From the sequence record DRR378314_2666: a stretch of 48,273 bases of DNA. The stretch is one strand, 5' to 3'. The position numbers were made by a program, and so were the translations under genes. Each line of letters begins with the position of its first letter. The first letter of the stretch is position 1. Below are positions 18,168 to 27,765 of the stretch, piece after piece. The notes beneath the pieces were generated by a model. It had not been told where the DNA came from and ran no database searches. It saw nothing but the letters and a program-made list of their open reading frames with translations.

Positions 18168-20438
18168 TCATTGGGTGACGTCGGTCAGATCAACATTCAG
18201 CTCAGGGGCTTGCAATAGATCCAAAAGCGTTTGCCGCGCGGCACTGCTCTCGGTTAATGCCGCTTCGCCACGTGCCAGCATACCGTCAACCTCTGGAGGA
18301 ACCGCAACCGCGGCATCTGATAAGGCCAGAACCGGCCCGAAGATTGTATTGTCTGAAAGGGCAAAACGTTCAGAGTCGTCAGCCAGCCACGCAGCCTGCA
18401 CCGCCGCTTCGTCGTTATTTGCCAAACGGTAAAGGTCATGTGCTTCTGCATGGGCACCTGCCATTTGTTTCGCCTTTGCGCGCAATAGATCCGCCTCTTC
18501 ACCCGCTATTTCAATTAGTTCAGCTTGGGCACGCATCGGTTGTGACAGGTCAAGCGCAATCCGCGCGGCAAGCAATTGCCGTGAGTCACTTCGTGGCTGA
18601 TCCGCGATGCCAGACAGGATGGTTTGAGCCTGGTCAGCAAATCCCAAATCGAACAATCGTGCGGCAAGAGCCACCTTTTGAAGTTTAGGCAATTTGGTGA
18701 AATCTTGTGGTGACCGCTCCAATACATATTCGAGAAATACAACATCTTCCGCTGATGCGGTCAGCTCCTCAAACAGGCGCATTTGTAATTTGGTCGCACC
18801 CTCTACATCCAGCTTTTTGGATCCCGCAAATGCGTTGTCAAACTGACCAGACCTTGCAAGTGCCAGAACATGTGCTCGCCTAAGCTCAGGACCCAATTCG
18901 GTTTGGCTAAGCTCCTTTGCGTAAGCCTCGACCAGATTTGCTGTTTCGGGGGAAATTGGTTGGCGCGCTGCGATCCGGGTATCTACTAAAGCAACGAGCG
19001 CCTCGGGCGAGTGCTCCGCGTTGTCATCAGCTACATCCGCCAGACCATCAGTGGCCTTTTCCGCATGCCCTTCATCCAGCGCAATTTTTGCCTGGGCCAG
19101 TTTTGCGGAACTTGGCAGTGTTGCCGGCAGCCGTTCCAAGCTGCGCAAGGCTGTCGCGGCAGCACCCGCATCACCATGTGCCAGCAATCGTCGACTAAGG
19201 GCAGGTGCAAGAAAGTTGCGAAGATGTATCGGCAGCTTGTTGAGCGACAGTAAAGCCGGACGCGGATCAACTGTATGCTCAACGCCAAGATCCTGACGGG
19301 CAAGCATGGCCCAGAGCGCAACATCGGTTTCGCAATCCATCAGTGCGTGCAACATGCTGTCGGGCGGCGCAATACCGGTTTCAAAAATGGATGCGATATC
19401 CAACAACATTTTCTGAGAGTGACGCAATTCATCATCCAAGAACAAAATTTGCCGGGCCTCCGCACCAAAACCATAGTGAATGTACAGCTTTGCCAATTTC
19501 AGCGCCGCCTCCCGGTTAAGGTGGTCAAACTCCTGATATAATTCCCGTCGAAGATCGCCGGATTGTTGGTGAAAGGGTCGGTTGTCAGCCCAGTTCACGA
19601 TATCCAGAGAGGTATTCGCTGGACAGGTTAACCCGGAGAGGGATTGAGCGTCATCGGCCTTCAGGGCAACACCGGGAACATCCATGCTGGAAGTAACCCG
19701 CATGTTGTTAACCACATCATCCGGCCGCACCGGCTTTGGTATCGGCGGCGGCACGTCGGGAAGTGTGATTGCGCTCAAGTCAACCTGTGCCCGTCGGCCA
19801 AGGGACAGCGGCGGACCCGGTGCGGGGGTTAGCAGGCCACGGGTTGTTGCAGTGCTCAGCTCGCGTGTCAGACGGCGTTGCACCTCTGCCAGTGACTCCT
19901 GTTCGGTTTCGGAAAGGGGGGCACGGGCAAGGGTGGGCAAATCAGCGGGTTTGATTCTGCTCTGCGGTTTTACCCGGGCAAGCGGCAGGGCCACGTCCAT
20001 TGCTTGTGGGTCGGCCGTATCTGCCGTTTCTCGTGTCTGATCGATGACAGTGTTAATGGGGATAAAGGCGACCGACCGTTTGACACCTGGCGAGGTAATA
20101 TCAAGGACAACATACTGTTTTTTATCAATAAATGATGCGACCCGACAGTCACACCCCAAGCGGATGACAAAACCGTTTGGGAGGGGGGTGATGTCTTGCA
20201 CCCGACCTCGTGAGATAAAGTTGTAGACGGTGCCTACGTCATAACCCTTATCGTAGCCAGAGACAGTGAAGGTAACATCCTGACCGGCATGCATAACTTT
20301 CCAATCCAACGAGCCGGGCAGAGGAGCGACCAGTCTACTGTATCCTTCATGTTCTCCTGAACGAACCATTGCCTGTTGTGCCTGCGCTGCAAGCGGAAGC
20401 CATAGCAACAACAGCACGATGAAAAGAAAGTGACGCAT
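18168..20438 (-). CDS. Large secreted/periplasmic helical-repeat (TPR-like) protein coupled to motA
   Basis: Signal peptide (..AAQA), 'RSGEHEGYSRLV' N-terminal domain, Ala/Leu helical repeats; ATG overlaps the motA stop. Confidence 0.75.
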   Translation of the reverse strand: MRHFLFIVLLLLWLPLAAQAQQAMVRSGEHEGYSRLVAPLPGSLDWKVMHAGQDVTFTVSGYDKGYDVGTVYNFISRGRVQDITPLPNGFVIRLGCDCRVASFIDKKQYVVLDITSPGVKRSVAFIPINTVIDQTRETADTADPQAMDVALPLARVKPQSRIKPADLPTLARAPLSETEQESLAEVQRRLTRELSTATTRGLLTPAPGPPLSLGRRAQVDLSAITLPDVPPPIPKPVRPDDVVNNMRVTSSMDVPGVALKADDAQSLSGLTCPANTSLDIVNWADNRPFHQQSGDLRRELYQEFDHLNREAALKLAKLYIHYGFGAEARQILFLDDELRHSQKMLLDIASIFETGIAPPDSMLHALMDCETDVALWAMLARQDLGVEHTVDPRPALLSLNKLPIHLRNFLAPALSRRLLAHGDAGAAATALRSLERLPATLPSSAKLAQAKIALDEGHAEKATDGLADVADDNAEHSPEALVALVDTRIAARQPISPETANLVEAYAKELSQTELGPELRRAHVLALARSGQFDNAFAGSKKLDVEGATKLQMRLFEELTASAEDVVFLEYVLERSPQDFTKLPKLQKVALAARLFDLGFADQAQTILSGIADQPRSDSRQLLAARIALDLSQPMRAQAELIEIAGEEADLLRAKAKQMAGAHAEAHDLYRLANNDEAAVQAAWLADDSERFALSDNTIFGPVLALSDAAVAVPPEVDGMLARGEAALTESSAARQTLLDLLQAPELNVDLTDVTQ

Positions 20439-21307
20439 CAAGCAGCCTCTTGCTTGAGTGCTTTTAAGGCCTCTTCTAAATCAGCAAAACTTGGCCGCCT
20501 GTGGGACGGCGTATTCTGACGTCCGACTTCGATACAGATGTTGGTCGCGTGGTTGTGAAGGTTTGCCACCAAAACCTCCCGGATCAATTTGTAGAAGTTT
20601 GACTCATCTTCGGTGACACCTTTTACCTTTTCAGCAAAAGGGCCAATGATGGCATAGGCAAGGAAAACACCCAGAAAGGTACCGACCAAAGCCCCGCCGA
20701 TCATCTTGCCCAGGATCTCTGGCGGCTGGTCAATCGAAGCCATGGTTTTGATAACACCCAGAACAGCGGCAACAATGCCAAGCGCGGGCAGGGCATCCGC
20801 CACCATCTGAAGGGCATGACTGGAATGAAGCGCGTGATGTGCATTCGCCTCCATCCGTTTTTCCAGGACTTCCTCGACCTGATGAGGGTCGTCATAGTTC
20901 ATTGACGCAGATCGCATCGTATCACAGATCAGGGCGACAGCTTCTTTATCTGTCATGATTTTTGGATAGTTTGAGAAAATCGAAGACTCCTCAGGCGTTT
21001 CGATGTGTTCTTCAATCGCGACCGGGTTTTGGCGCGCGAGGCGGATCAATTCAAAAAGTAGGCAGAGAAGGTCCCGGTAATCATCCGGCTTCCATTTCGG
21101 GCCTTTGAAAACCTTGCCGACGTCTTTGATGGTATGCTTGACTGCGGCACCATCGTTACTAAGCAGAAAGGCACCGACAGCCGCTCCGCCGATCATCATC
21201 ATTTCAAAAGGTAACGCCTTGATAATGATGCCCATCTTGCCGCCTGCAGCAACATACCCACCGAAAACCATGATGAAAATCGTGATGATGCCGATGATAC
21301 CAATCAT
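20438..21307 (-). CDS. motA: Flagellar stator MotA
   Basis: 'PALGIVAAVLGV', 'IGGALVGTFLGVFLAY', 'IEVGR'. Confidence 0.97.
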   Translation of the reverse strand: MIGIIGIITIFIMVFGGYVAAGGKMGIIIKALPFEMMMIGGAAVGAFLLSNDGAAVKHTIKDVGKVFKGPKWKPDDYRDLLCLLFELIRLARQNPVAIEEHIETPEESSIFSNYPKIMTDKEAVALICDTMRSASMNYDDPHQVEEVLEKRMEANAHHALHSSHALQMVADALPALGIVAAVLGVIKTMASIDQPPEILGKMIGGALVGTFLGVFLAYAIIGPFAEKVKGVTEDESNFYKLIREVLVANLHNHATNICIEVGRQNTPSHRRPSFADLEEALKALKQEAA

Positions 21308-21376
21308 GGGAACTCCATTACATTCTATTCCATGGGGTACCCTCGCAGAGGGGCGTTAAAAAAGTCTCAGTGATCT

Positions 21377-21997
21377 TCAGGTTTTTGGCACCGTGGCGTT
21401 GCGCCCTGCCAATATTGCGCTGATGGAATATGCGCGTTCCGGCGTGAGCCCTGCCATGATAGCTGCGGCTGCATCCGGGCGCATCCGCCCCAGAAAACCG
21501 GCGGCGAATTTCGGCTCCATCGCTTCAAATAACTTGGCCGCATCTTTTGGCTTCATGCTTTCATAGACAGTTGTCAAACGGGTCAGATCATCCTCCGCCG
21601 CACCATCTGCCAGGGCGATCGTCTGGCGCAGGTTTTCTTCGGCCTGCTCCAAAACGGCCAATCGTTTTGTGATTTCCTGATCCGCCACCGCCAAGGCTTT
21701 GCTGCGCATTGCGATCTGGTTTTCCAGTTCCTTAACGCGAACCTCGCGGGCACGCAGTGCTTTCAACAGTTTACCAACCTCGGCGCGATCCGTGGATATA
21801 TCCGCTATCCCTTGAGGCGCGTTTTTTGTTTCTTCGCTCTGTACCTCTGCTTCAACCGGGGCAGGCTTCATCGCCTCAGCAAAGGCTTTACCTGTGCCGG
21901 AACCGACACGCAAAATGGCAGAAGATACCAGTAATACAGTGAGCAATAGGATGGCACCCCGCCCGGCTCGGCGAAATTTGCGGGTTTTCTTCTTCAT
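21377..21997 (-). CDS. motE: MotE family protein (MgtE N-terminal-like domain)
   Basis: N-terminal TM, coiled coil, 'VYESMKPKDAAKLF...M.P..AA.IM' MotE motif. Confidence 0.8.
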   Translation of the reverse strand: MKKKTRKFRRAGRGAILLLTVLLVSSAILRVGSGTGKAFAEAMKPAPVEAEVQSEETKNAPQGIADISTDRAEVGKLLKALRAREVRVKELENQIAMRSKALAVADQEITKRLAVLEQAEENLRQTIALADGAAEDDLTRLTTVYESMKPKDAAKLFEAMEPKFAAGFLGRMRPDAAAAIMAGLTPERAYSISAILAGRNATVPKT

Positions 21998-22050
21998 ATC
22001 GGTCTCCTGACAATGAATGGCACCAATGCGGTTCGAATTTGTCAGACTGC

Positions 22051-22443
22051 TTAAGCGGGTCGTCTGACAAACATGGGCTGGTTTGGATCCTGCGGTGCTA
22101 TCGGTGGTGCCGGCGCGGTTTCCTTACTTGCCTCTTCTTTCGCTGCGGCAGCAGGTGTACCGGGTAAGTCGTGCAGGGATGCCATCTGCATCTCCAGACA
22201 ACGCGCGGTGTCTTCGGCCCGTTCCACCAGATCCGTGAGGGTATGCGCCGATTTCGTTGCAGCGCCTTGAGCGGCAGTCAGCGTTTTTCCAAGGTCATCC
22301 ACCTGTGCCGACAAGACGGCAACCGCCCCGCCAACGCCTTTTTCAAGGTCGTTGAACCGGTTCAACCTACGGCCCAGAACAAAGCAGTAAAACCCGGCAC
22401 CAATGGCACCCGCGCCTAGGAAAATGTCAGCGATCAGTTCCAT
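22051..22443 (-). CDS. Conserved single-TM coiled-coil flagellar protein (DUF6468/PflI-like by architecture)
   Basis: TM 'IFLGAGAIGAGFYCFVL', then 'RRLNRF', a coiled coil and a Pro-rich tail; in the fliL-motE-motA operon. Confidence 0.65.
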   Translation of the reverse strand: MELIADIFLGAGAIGAGFYCFVLGRRLNRFNDLEKGVGGAVAVLSAQVDDLGKTLTAAQGAATKSAHTLTDLVERAEDTARCLEMQMASLHDLPGTPAAAAKEEASKETAPAPPIAPQDPNQPMFVRRPA

Positions 22444-22453
22444 ATCGAGCCTC

Positions 22454-22945
22454 TCAATTCAGTACAAATTCCATAATCAGCAGGTCGTTCACCTTGCCGA
22501 TACCTGTCACAACCTGAACCCTTCGCAGCATCTGGGCTCTTAGCCGGGTCAATGACGAAGGATCCTCCAGATCCGCAGGTTCCAATGCGCGAAGATAGCT
22601 GTTCAGCACGTCAACCACCCGGGGCAGCAGTTTCTCGACCTCTTCTTTTGCCGCAGGCGCGACCTCAAGATGGGCGCGAAACACCAGATGTTTGGCGTTG
22701 GAAGGGGCGCGCATCGAAATGACCAACTGGTCAACCGCGACGTAATCCACATCCGGCCCGGTCACCGCAGGTGGCATTTCGGCCTTTTCGTCGTTTACGT
22801 GGTCGTCCCCCCCAAGAATCATCCCGCTGAAGGTGGCATAAAAGCCGCCACCGCCGCCGACCAATGCCAATACCAACCCTATAATCAGGGGTAGTTTCGA
22901 CTTTTTCGGCGGGGCCTCTTCTTCGTCGGTAGGAGTGTCTGACAT
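22454..22945 (-). CDS. fliL: FliL family protein (paralog 2)
   Basis: 'KKSKLPLIIG..LALVGGGGG' TM, 'PRVVDVLNSYLR', 'LLIMEFVLN'. Confidence 0.92.
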   Translation of the reverse strand: MSDTPTDEEEAPPKKSKLPLIIGLVLALVGGGGGFYATFSGMILGGDDHVNDEKAEMPPAVTGPDVDYVAVDQLVISMRAPSNAKHLVFRAHLEVAPAAKEEVEKLLPRVVDVLNSYLRALEPADLEDPSSLTRLRAQMLRRVQVVTGIGKVNDLLIMEFVLN

Positions 22946-22990
22946 CTAAAATCCAATTCCTTCGTTGCACCTCTTATAGGCGGAATTGCA

Positions 22991-23005
22991 CTAACCGAAT
23001 GTTAA
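22991..23005. promoter_or_regulatory. CtrA-like box (CTAA-ccgaatg-TTAA) in the fliL/fliF divergent promoter
   Basis: One mismatch to TTAA-N7-TTAA in a ~120-bp intergenic region. Confidence 0.7.
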
Positions 23006-23065
23006 GCCTGATCGTTCATCTGTGCCTCATGTCCTGACAGAAAGTTGGGAGCGACGGAGGCGATT

Positions 23066-24703
23066 GTGCAGCAATTACTAAAAGTCTGGATGCAGCTCGA
23101 ATTGCGCCGGCAGATCATCGTTATTCTGGCGACGGCGGCCATGTTTTTTACGGTTATCACCATGTCCCGCATGGCCTCAGCACCCAGTATGACATTGCTT
23201 TACGCGGGTCTGGAAAACGGCGCGGCGGGTGATGTGGTGCGGGCGCTGGAGCAACGCGGAATCGCCTTTGAGGTGCGGGGTGGCAGCATCTTTGTCGATT
23301 CTCAGGAACGCGACCAGCTGCGGCTGACTCTTGCCAGTGAAGGGCTCCCTGCAAACAGCAATCGGGGGTATGAACTTCTCGACAATCTTACCGGTTTCGG
23401 GACGACGTCGCAAATGTTTGACGCCGCCTATTGGCGCGCAAAAGAGGGGGAGCTTGCCCGGACAATTGTTGCAAATCCCCAGATCGCGATGGCCCGGGTC
23501 CATATCGCCTCGACCGGCTCCAACCCCTTTCAACGAGGGGTGACACCCAAGGCGTCTGTGTCGATCACCGCAAATGGTGGCGGCGTCACGGGCCAGCAGG
23601 CCAAGGCGGTGCGCTATCTCGTTGCTTCTGCTGTGGCTGGCCTTTCACCGGATGACGTTGCGGTCATCGACGCAAACGGGGCCTTGATTGGCCAAACGGA
23701 TGATGCCGCACCGGCGATTGGCGGCGACGATATTTCCCAGGTCTTGCGTGACCGCGTTCAACGTCTGCTTGAGGCGCGGGTGGGCTTTGGCAATGCGGTG
23801 GTCGAAGTCAGCGTTGACACGGTCACGGAAACGGAATCGATCCGCGAACATACATTCGACCCCGAAAACCGGGTCGCAATCAGCACGGACACAGAGGAAC
23901 GCACCAATACCTCAAAGGATGCTGGCGGTGGGGACGTGACCGTCGCAAGCAATCTGCCCGATCAGGAGGGCGGCGGAGGGGGCGATAGCTCGTCGTCGCA
24001 AAACAGTGAAACACGCGAGCGGGTCAACTATGAAGTGTCTGAAACAGAACGTGAAATCCTGCGTGCGCCGGGTGCAATCAAACGGGTAACTGTTGCTGTC
24101 TTGGTGAACGAGCCATTGGTTACAGATGCAACTGGTGCACAGGTGCCTGAACCGCGCAGCGAGGAAGAGATGCAGGCGCTGCGCGAATTAGTATCTTCGG
24201 CAGTCGGTTTTGACGAAAGCCGCGGTGACATAATCACATTGAAATCAATGGCGTTGCTCGCGGTGCCACCCACTGGCACGATTGCCGAAACCTCTCTTCT
24301 CAGCCGCTTTGACCTTGATCTGATGTCAGCCATTCAAATGGCGATCCTCGCACTGGTCACACTTATTCTGGGGCTTTTTGTTGTGCGGCCTGTGTTGTCG
24401 CGGCCGGTCACCGACGCCCCGGCAGGCCTGCCAGCGCCAATGGCTGATCGTGGCGAGGCAGATGGCCCGCCAGCTGCCGCGGCGCTTGATGGTGAACTGC
24501 CGGACCCTGCTTTTGACCTGCCCCCCCTGAACATGGGCGACGGGTTTTCGGACGAGATGGGCGGGCTGCCCGACCTTCCGATGATGGGGGGAAACAGCAG
24601 CGATGAACCGGTGGCCCGATTGCGCAACATGATCGGTGAACGGCAAGAAGAAACCGTCGAGATCCTGCGCGGCTGGCTCGAGGACAAAGAGGAGAGTGTT
24701 TGA
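23066..24703 (+). CDS. fliF: Flagellar MS-ring protein FliF
   Basis: Two TM segments; 'GYELLD...GFGTTSQMF...RAKEGELARTI', 'ARVHI', 'NYEVS'; GTG after GGAGG. Confidence 0.95.
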   Translation: MQQLLKVWMQLELRRQIIVILATAAMFFTVITMSRMASAPSMTLLYAGLENGAAGDVVRALEQRGIAFEVRGGSIFVDSQERDQLRLTLASEGLPANSNRGYELLDNLTGFGTTSQMFDAAYWRAKEGELARTIVANPQIAMARVHIASTGSNPFQRGVTPKASVSITANGGGVTGQQAKAVRYLVASAVAGLSPDDVAVIDANGALIGQTDDAAPAIGGDDISQVLRDRVQRLLEARVGFGNAVVEVSVDTVTETESIREHTFDPENRVAISTDTEERTNTSKDAGGGDVTVASNLPDQEGGGGGDSSSSQNSETRERVNYEVSETEREILRAPGAIKRVTVAVLVNEPLVTDATGAQVPEPRSEEEMQALRELVSSAVGFDESRGDIITLKSMALLAVPPTGTIAETSLLSRFDLDLMSAIQMAILALVTLILGLFVVRPVLSRPVTDAPAGLPAPMADRGEADGPPAAAALDGELPDPAFDLPPLNMGDGFSDEMGGLPDLPMMGGNSSDEPVARLRNMIGERQEETVEILRGWLEDKEESV

Positions 24704-25302
24704 TGTCTGTGTCACACCTCTATGAAAGTTTCAGCGGTCGTGCGGCGTCTCCTACGCAACAGGCAGAGCAAGCAGAAGATGAATTTGAAGACGTCAAACT
24801 CAATGCTTTTGAATCGGGATACCAGGCCGGTTGGGAGGATGCGCTGAAGGCGCAGGGTGACGCGGAAAACAAGCTGACAGAGGAGTTTCTGCAAAATTTG
24901 CAGGATCTTTCCTTCACCTATCACGAGGCGCTCAGCAAGTTGAGCGTTGGCATGAAACCCTTGATGTCTGCGATCGTAACAAAGCTGCTGCCACAGGTTG
25001 CGGCGCAAAGTTTGGGTCCGCAGATCATCGAGCAGTTCGAAACCCTGATCAAAGATCAAAGCGACACCCTGGTTGAGGTCGCGGTTGCACCCGACAAGCA
25101 GCCCGTCATCGAAGCGCTTTTGAAAGAACAGGAAACGGTGCCCTTTACCGTTGTCGCCGAACCCGCGCTAAGCGCCGGCCAAGTTTATTTGCGGGCAGGA
25201 CAAACCGAGCGCGAGATAAACCTTGATGCTGTCCTTGAGGGCATAACAAGCGGGCTGGCTGCCTTTTTTCACACTGTAGAACAGGAGAACAAACATGGAT
25301 GA
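24703..25302 (+). CDS. fliH: FliH-like export apparatus protein
   Basis: AxxxGxxxG repeat 'AFESGYQAGWED'; lies between fliF and fliN. Confidence 0.7.
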   Translation: MSVSHLYESFSGRAASPTQQAEQAEDEFEDVKLNAFESGYQAGWEDALKAQGDAENKLTEEFLQNLQDLSFTYHEALSKLSVGMKPLMSAIVTKLLPQVAAQSLGPQIIEQFETLIKDQSDTLVEVAVAPDKQPVIEALLKEQETVPFTVVAEPALSAGQVYLRAGQTEREINLDAVLEGITSGLAAFFHTVEQENKHG

Positions 25303-25588
25303 ACCGGCATCGGAGAAAAATCCTGCCGCGGACCCTGGAAACCCGTTTACCGGGGTTCCGATTGAGGTCAGCGTCTGTGTGGGTAAGGCACGCCCCCTTA
25401 TTCGAGAGTTGGTTGCGATGGGGGAAAACGCACTTTTGATCTTGGACACGCGGGTTGACGATCCGGTGGAACTATATGTTGGTGAGCGTCTGATTGCCCG
25501 TGGGCTGCTGGAGGAGAAAGAGGATGATCCGCACGGCCAGCTGGTTGTGCGCCTGACCGAAATTATGAAATTGCAGCCGGACTTGTGA
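25295..25588 (+). CDS. fliN: FliN (SpoA domain) C-ring protein
   Basis: 'VPIEVSVCVG...DPVELYVGERLIARG...VRLTEI'. Confidence 0.85.
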   Translation: MDEPASEKNPAADPGNPFTGVPIEVSVCVGKARPLIRELVAMGENALLILDTRVDDPVELYVGERLIARGLLEEKEDDPHGQLVVRLTEIMKLQPDL

Positions 25589-26328
25589 CGCATATGCGCG
25601 CTACCCCCCTACTGCTGTTCCTAGCACTGACCGCCACCTTTTGGCCTGCTGCGGCGGGGGCGCAGGAATTTTCTGTTTCCCTAGGGGATGACGGCTCTCT
25701 ATCGGCACGCACGATTCAGCTTTTTGCGCTGATCACGGTTCTCAGCATTGCACCCGGACTGGCAATCATGATCACCTGTTTCCCATTTCTGGTGACAGTC
25801 TTGTCCATTCTGCGCCAAGCCATTGGGTTGCAGCAATCTCCGCCCAATATGTTGATTGTCAGCCTGGCATTGTTCCTGACGTATTTTGTGATGGAACCGG
25901 TTTTTACCGCGGCTTGGGACAATGGCATCAGGCCACTTACCAACGAAGAAATTGATGCTGAAACTGCTTTTATACGAACCCTAGAGCCATTTCGCACCTT
26001 TATGGCGGCACGTCTTGACCCGGAAACATTTTTCGCAATGGCTGAACTGCGCCCGGATACAATCAATGCCAAACCTGTAGCGGACGCCCCGTTGTCGGTA
26101 CTGGTGCCCAGTTTTCTGCTGTCCGAAGTCTCCCGCGCCTTTCAGGTCGGTTTCCTGATATTCCTGCCTTTCCTGATCATCGATCTGGTGGTTGCGGCCA
26201 TTTTGATGTCGATGGGCATGATGATGGTGCCCCCAGCAATTGTATCATTGCCTTTCAAATTGGCCTTCTTCGTTGTGGCTGACGGGTGGAGCCTGATCGC
26301 AGGCAGTTTGGTGAGAAGCTATTTTTGA
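25585..26328 (+). CDS. fliP: Flagellar export pore protein FliP
   Basis: 'LRQAIGLQQSPPN', 'FLPFLIIDLVVA.ILMSMGMMMVPP..SLPFKL.FFV..DGW'. Confidence 0.97.
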   Translation: MTHMRATPLLLFLALTATFWPAAAGAQEFSVSLGDDGSLSARTIQLFALITVLSIAPGLAIMITCFPFLVTVLSILRQAIGLQQSPPNMLIVSLALFLTYFVMEPVFTAAWDNGIRPLTNEEIDAETAFIRTLEPFRTFMAARLDPETFFAMAELRPDTINAKPVADAPLSVLVPSFLLSEVSRAFQVGFLIFLPFLIIDLVVAAILMSMGMMMVPPAIVSLPFKLAFFVVADGWSLIAGSLVRSYF

Positions 26329-26459
26329 ATTAAATCGCTGTCACATCCCGTTCGGGCATTAACCGCCGGGCAAGGGGGGTGTTGCTAGCTTGCCGCGCAG
26401 CTGGGGGAGCATGTGCAGGTGGCAAAGATTTCACAAAGCCGGTGTCGAGTGATACCAAA

Positions 26460-27623
26460 ATGACAGGTTCCGCAAAAATGCTTGCGCTTTTGGCTGTGGG
26501 TTGGAGCATGCTTGCAGTTTCCTTGGCACAGGTTTTCCCGGTCACCGCTTTGTCGCTTACTCTCGGGACTGTCGTTTTCGCTGAATGTTTTAGTGCCTTG
26601 ATATTGACACGCGCGCTACCAAACGCGCCCGCACGGGCCCGCGCAGATCAAGACGATTTGGCCGGCGCGTTGCTGGGGTGGGTCCTACTCTGCGTCCTGT
26701 TCGCCCTGCTGTTTCACCTTGGGCTTATTTCTTTCTTTCAGGGGCAACCGGCCGCCATGCTCTGTTTGCTTGCCCTGACACTGGTTCTTGTGTTGCTAAA
26801 ACATTTCGCAAAGGCGCATCCGTTGGCTCGGTTTCTGCAAGCGATGCGTCTGGTTGCGCCAGCGGCCCTTGCTATCGTCCTTGACCGGATTGGTGGCGCA
26901 ACTCCGGGCCTTTTCTTGGCAAGCCTTGTTTTAAGCCATTTGGTAACGTTGCTGATCGTCGTGCTACTTGCACGCAAGCCTAGATGTCCATTGCAGCCAT
27001 CGGCTTATGTCCCGCCATTGCAAGTATTGGCAGCCCATGCGGATCTTTTGCTGGTACCGATTTTACTAAACGGCACTGAGGCGCTGCTTTACATCGCGGC
27101 ACGCGGGTTGGGCATTGTGGTCACCGGGGTATTGGCCCAGCTGGGCGCGCGCGCGATGCCTGCATTGCTTGCCGCGGGGCAATCTCGAAACCAATCCAAG
27201 TTTATCACCATTGCCGCACGGCTTAACCTCGGGTTTCTTCTGGTTGGTGGCAGCGCGGGGATTGCTGCCCTTACTGTCGGTCCCTATGTGGCCAAGGTGT
27301 TTCATTTAGCTGGTGCCGATTTTCAGGCCGCTCTGCTTTGGGTTGTATTGGGGGCCTGCGCACCAGCGATTTTTGGGGCCACAGAAGCGCTTTTACAAAT
27401 GATTAAAAAGCGGAATTTACTGCTGCTTTCAGATCTTGTTGCTGTTGGTGGTTTCACCAGCGCAATCTTGTTCGTTCCCCAACCTGATGCACTTCTTTTG
27501 GCCAAGTGTTTTACCGTGGTGCAATTGCTCAAAACCGCAGCTTGTGCCGTTTTGCTTGTGCGCCATGCAGGTGTCTGGCCCGGGCTTACCGCCCTTCTGC
27601 TGCGCCAGATCAAACTATTCTGA
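26460..27623 (+). CDS. Polytopic membrane protein resembling a divergent Wzx/polysaccharide-biosynthesis (MOP superfamily) flippase; start uncertain
   Basis: About 11-12 hydrophobic segments. 'ADLLLVPILLNGTEALLYIAARGL' resembles the Wzx 'D.lllg.llg..evG.Y..A.rl' segment. Confidence 0.55.
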   Translation: MTGSAKMLALLAVGWSMLAVSLAQVFPVTALSLTLGTVVFAECFSALILTRALPNAPARARADQDDLAGALLGWVLLCVLFALLFHLGLISFFQGQPAAMLCLLALTLVLVLLKHFAKAHPLARFLQAMRLVAPAALAIVLDRIGGATPGLFLASLVLSHLVTLLIVVLLARKPRCPLQPSAYVPPLQVLAAHADLLLVPILLNGTEALLYIAARGLGIVVTGVLAQLGARAMPALLAAGQSRNQSKFITIAARLNLGFLLVGGSAGIAALTVGPYVAKVFHLAGADFQAALLWVVLGACAPAIFGATEALLQMIKKRNLLLLSDLVAVGGFTSAILFVPQPDALLLAKCFTVVQLLKTAACAVLLVRHAGVWPGLTALLLRQIKLF

Positions 27624-27765
27624 AGGCGATGCCACGGGTACGCGGGCGACACTGACACGGCCGCTTTGCCAAGGGCGACAATCCGCGGTCAATCCCCACT
27701 TGGCTTGATGTATTTGCCGCCATGGCCCGTCTGATATCAACGTCGGGAGATAATCAACTGAAGGG

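Noticed and set aside
22018..22033. TGGCAC as a possible sigma-54 -24 element
   Set aside because: No correctly spaced TTGC -12 element, and it faces away from motE.
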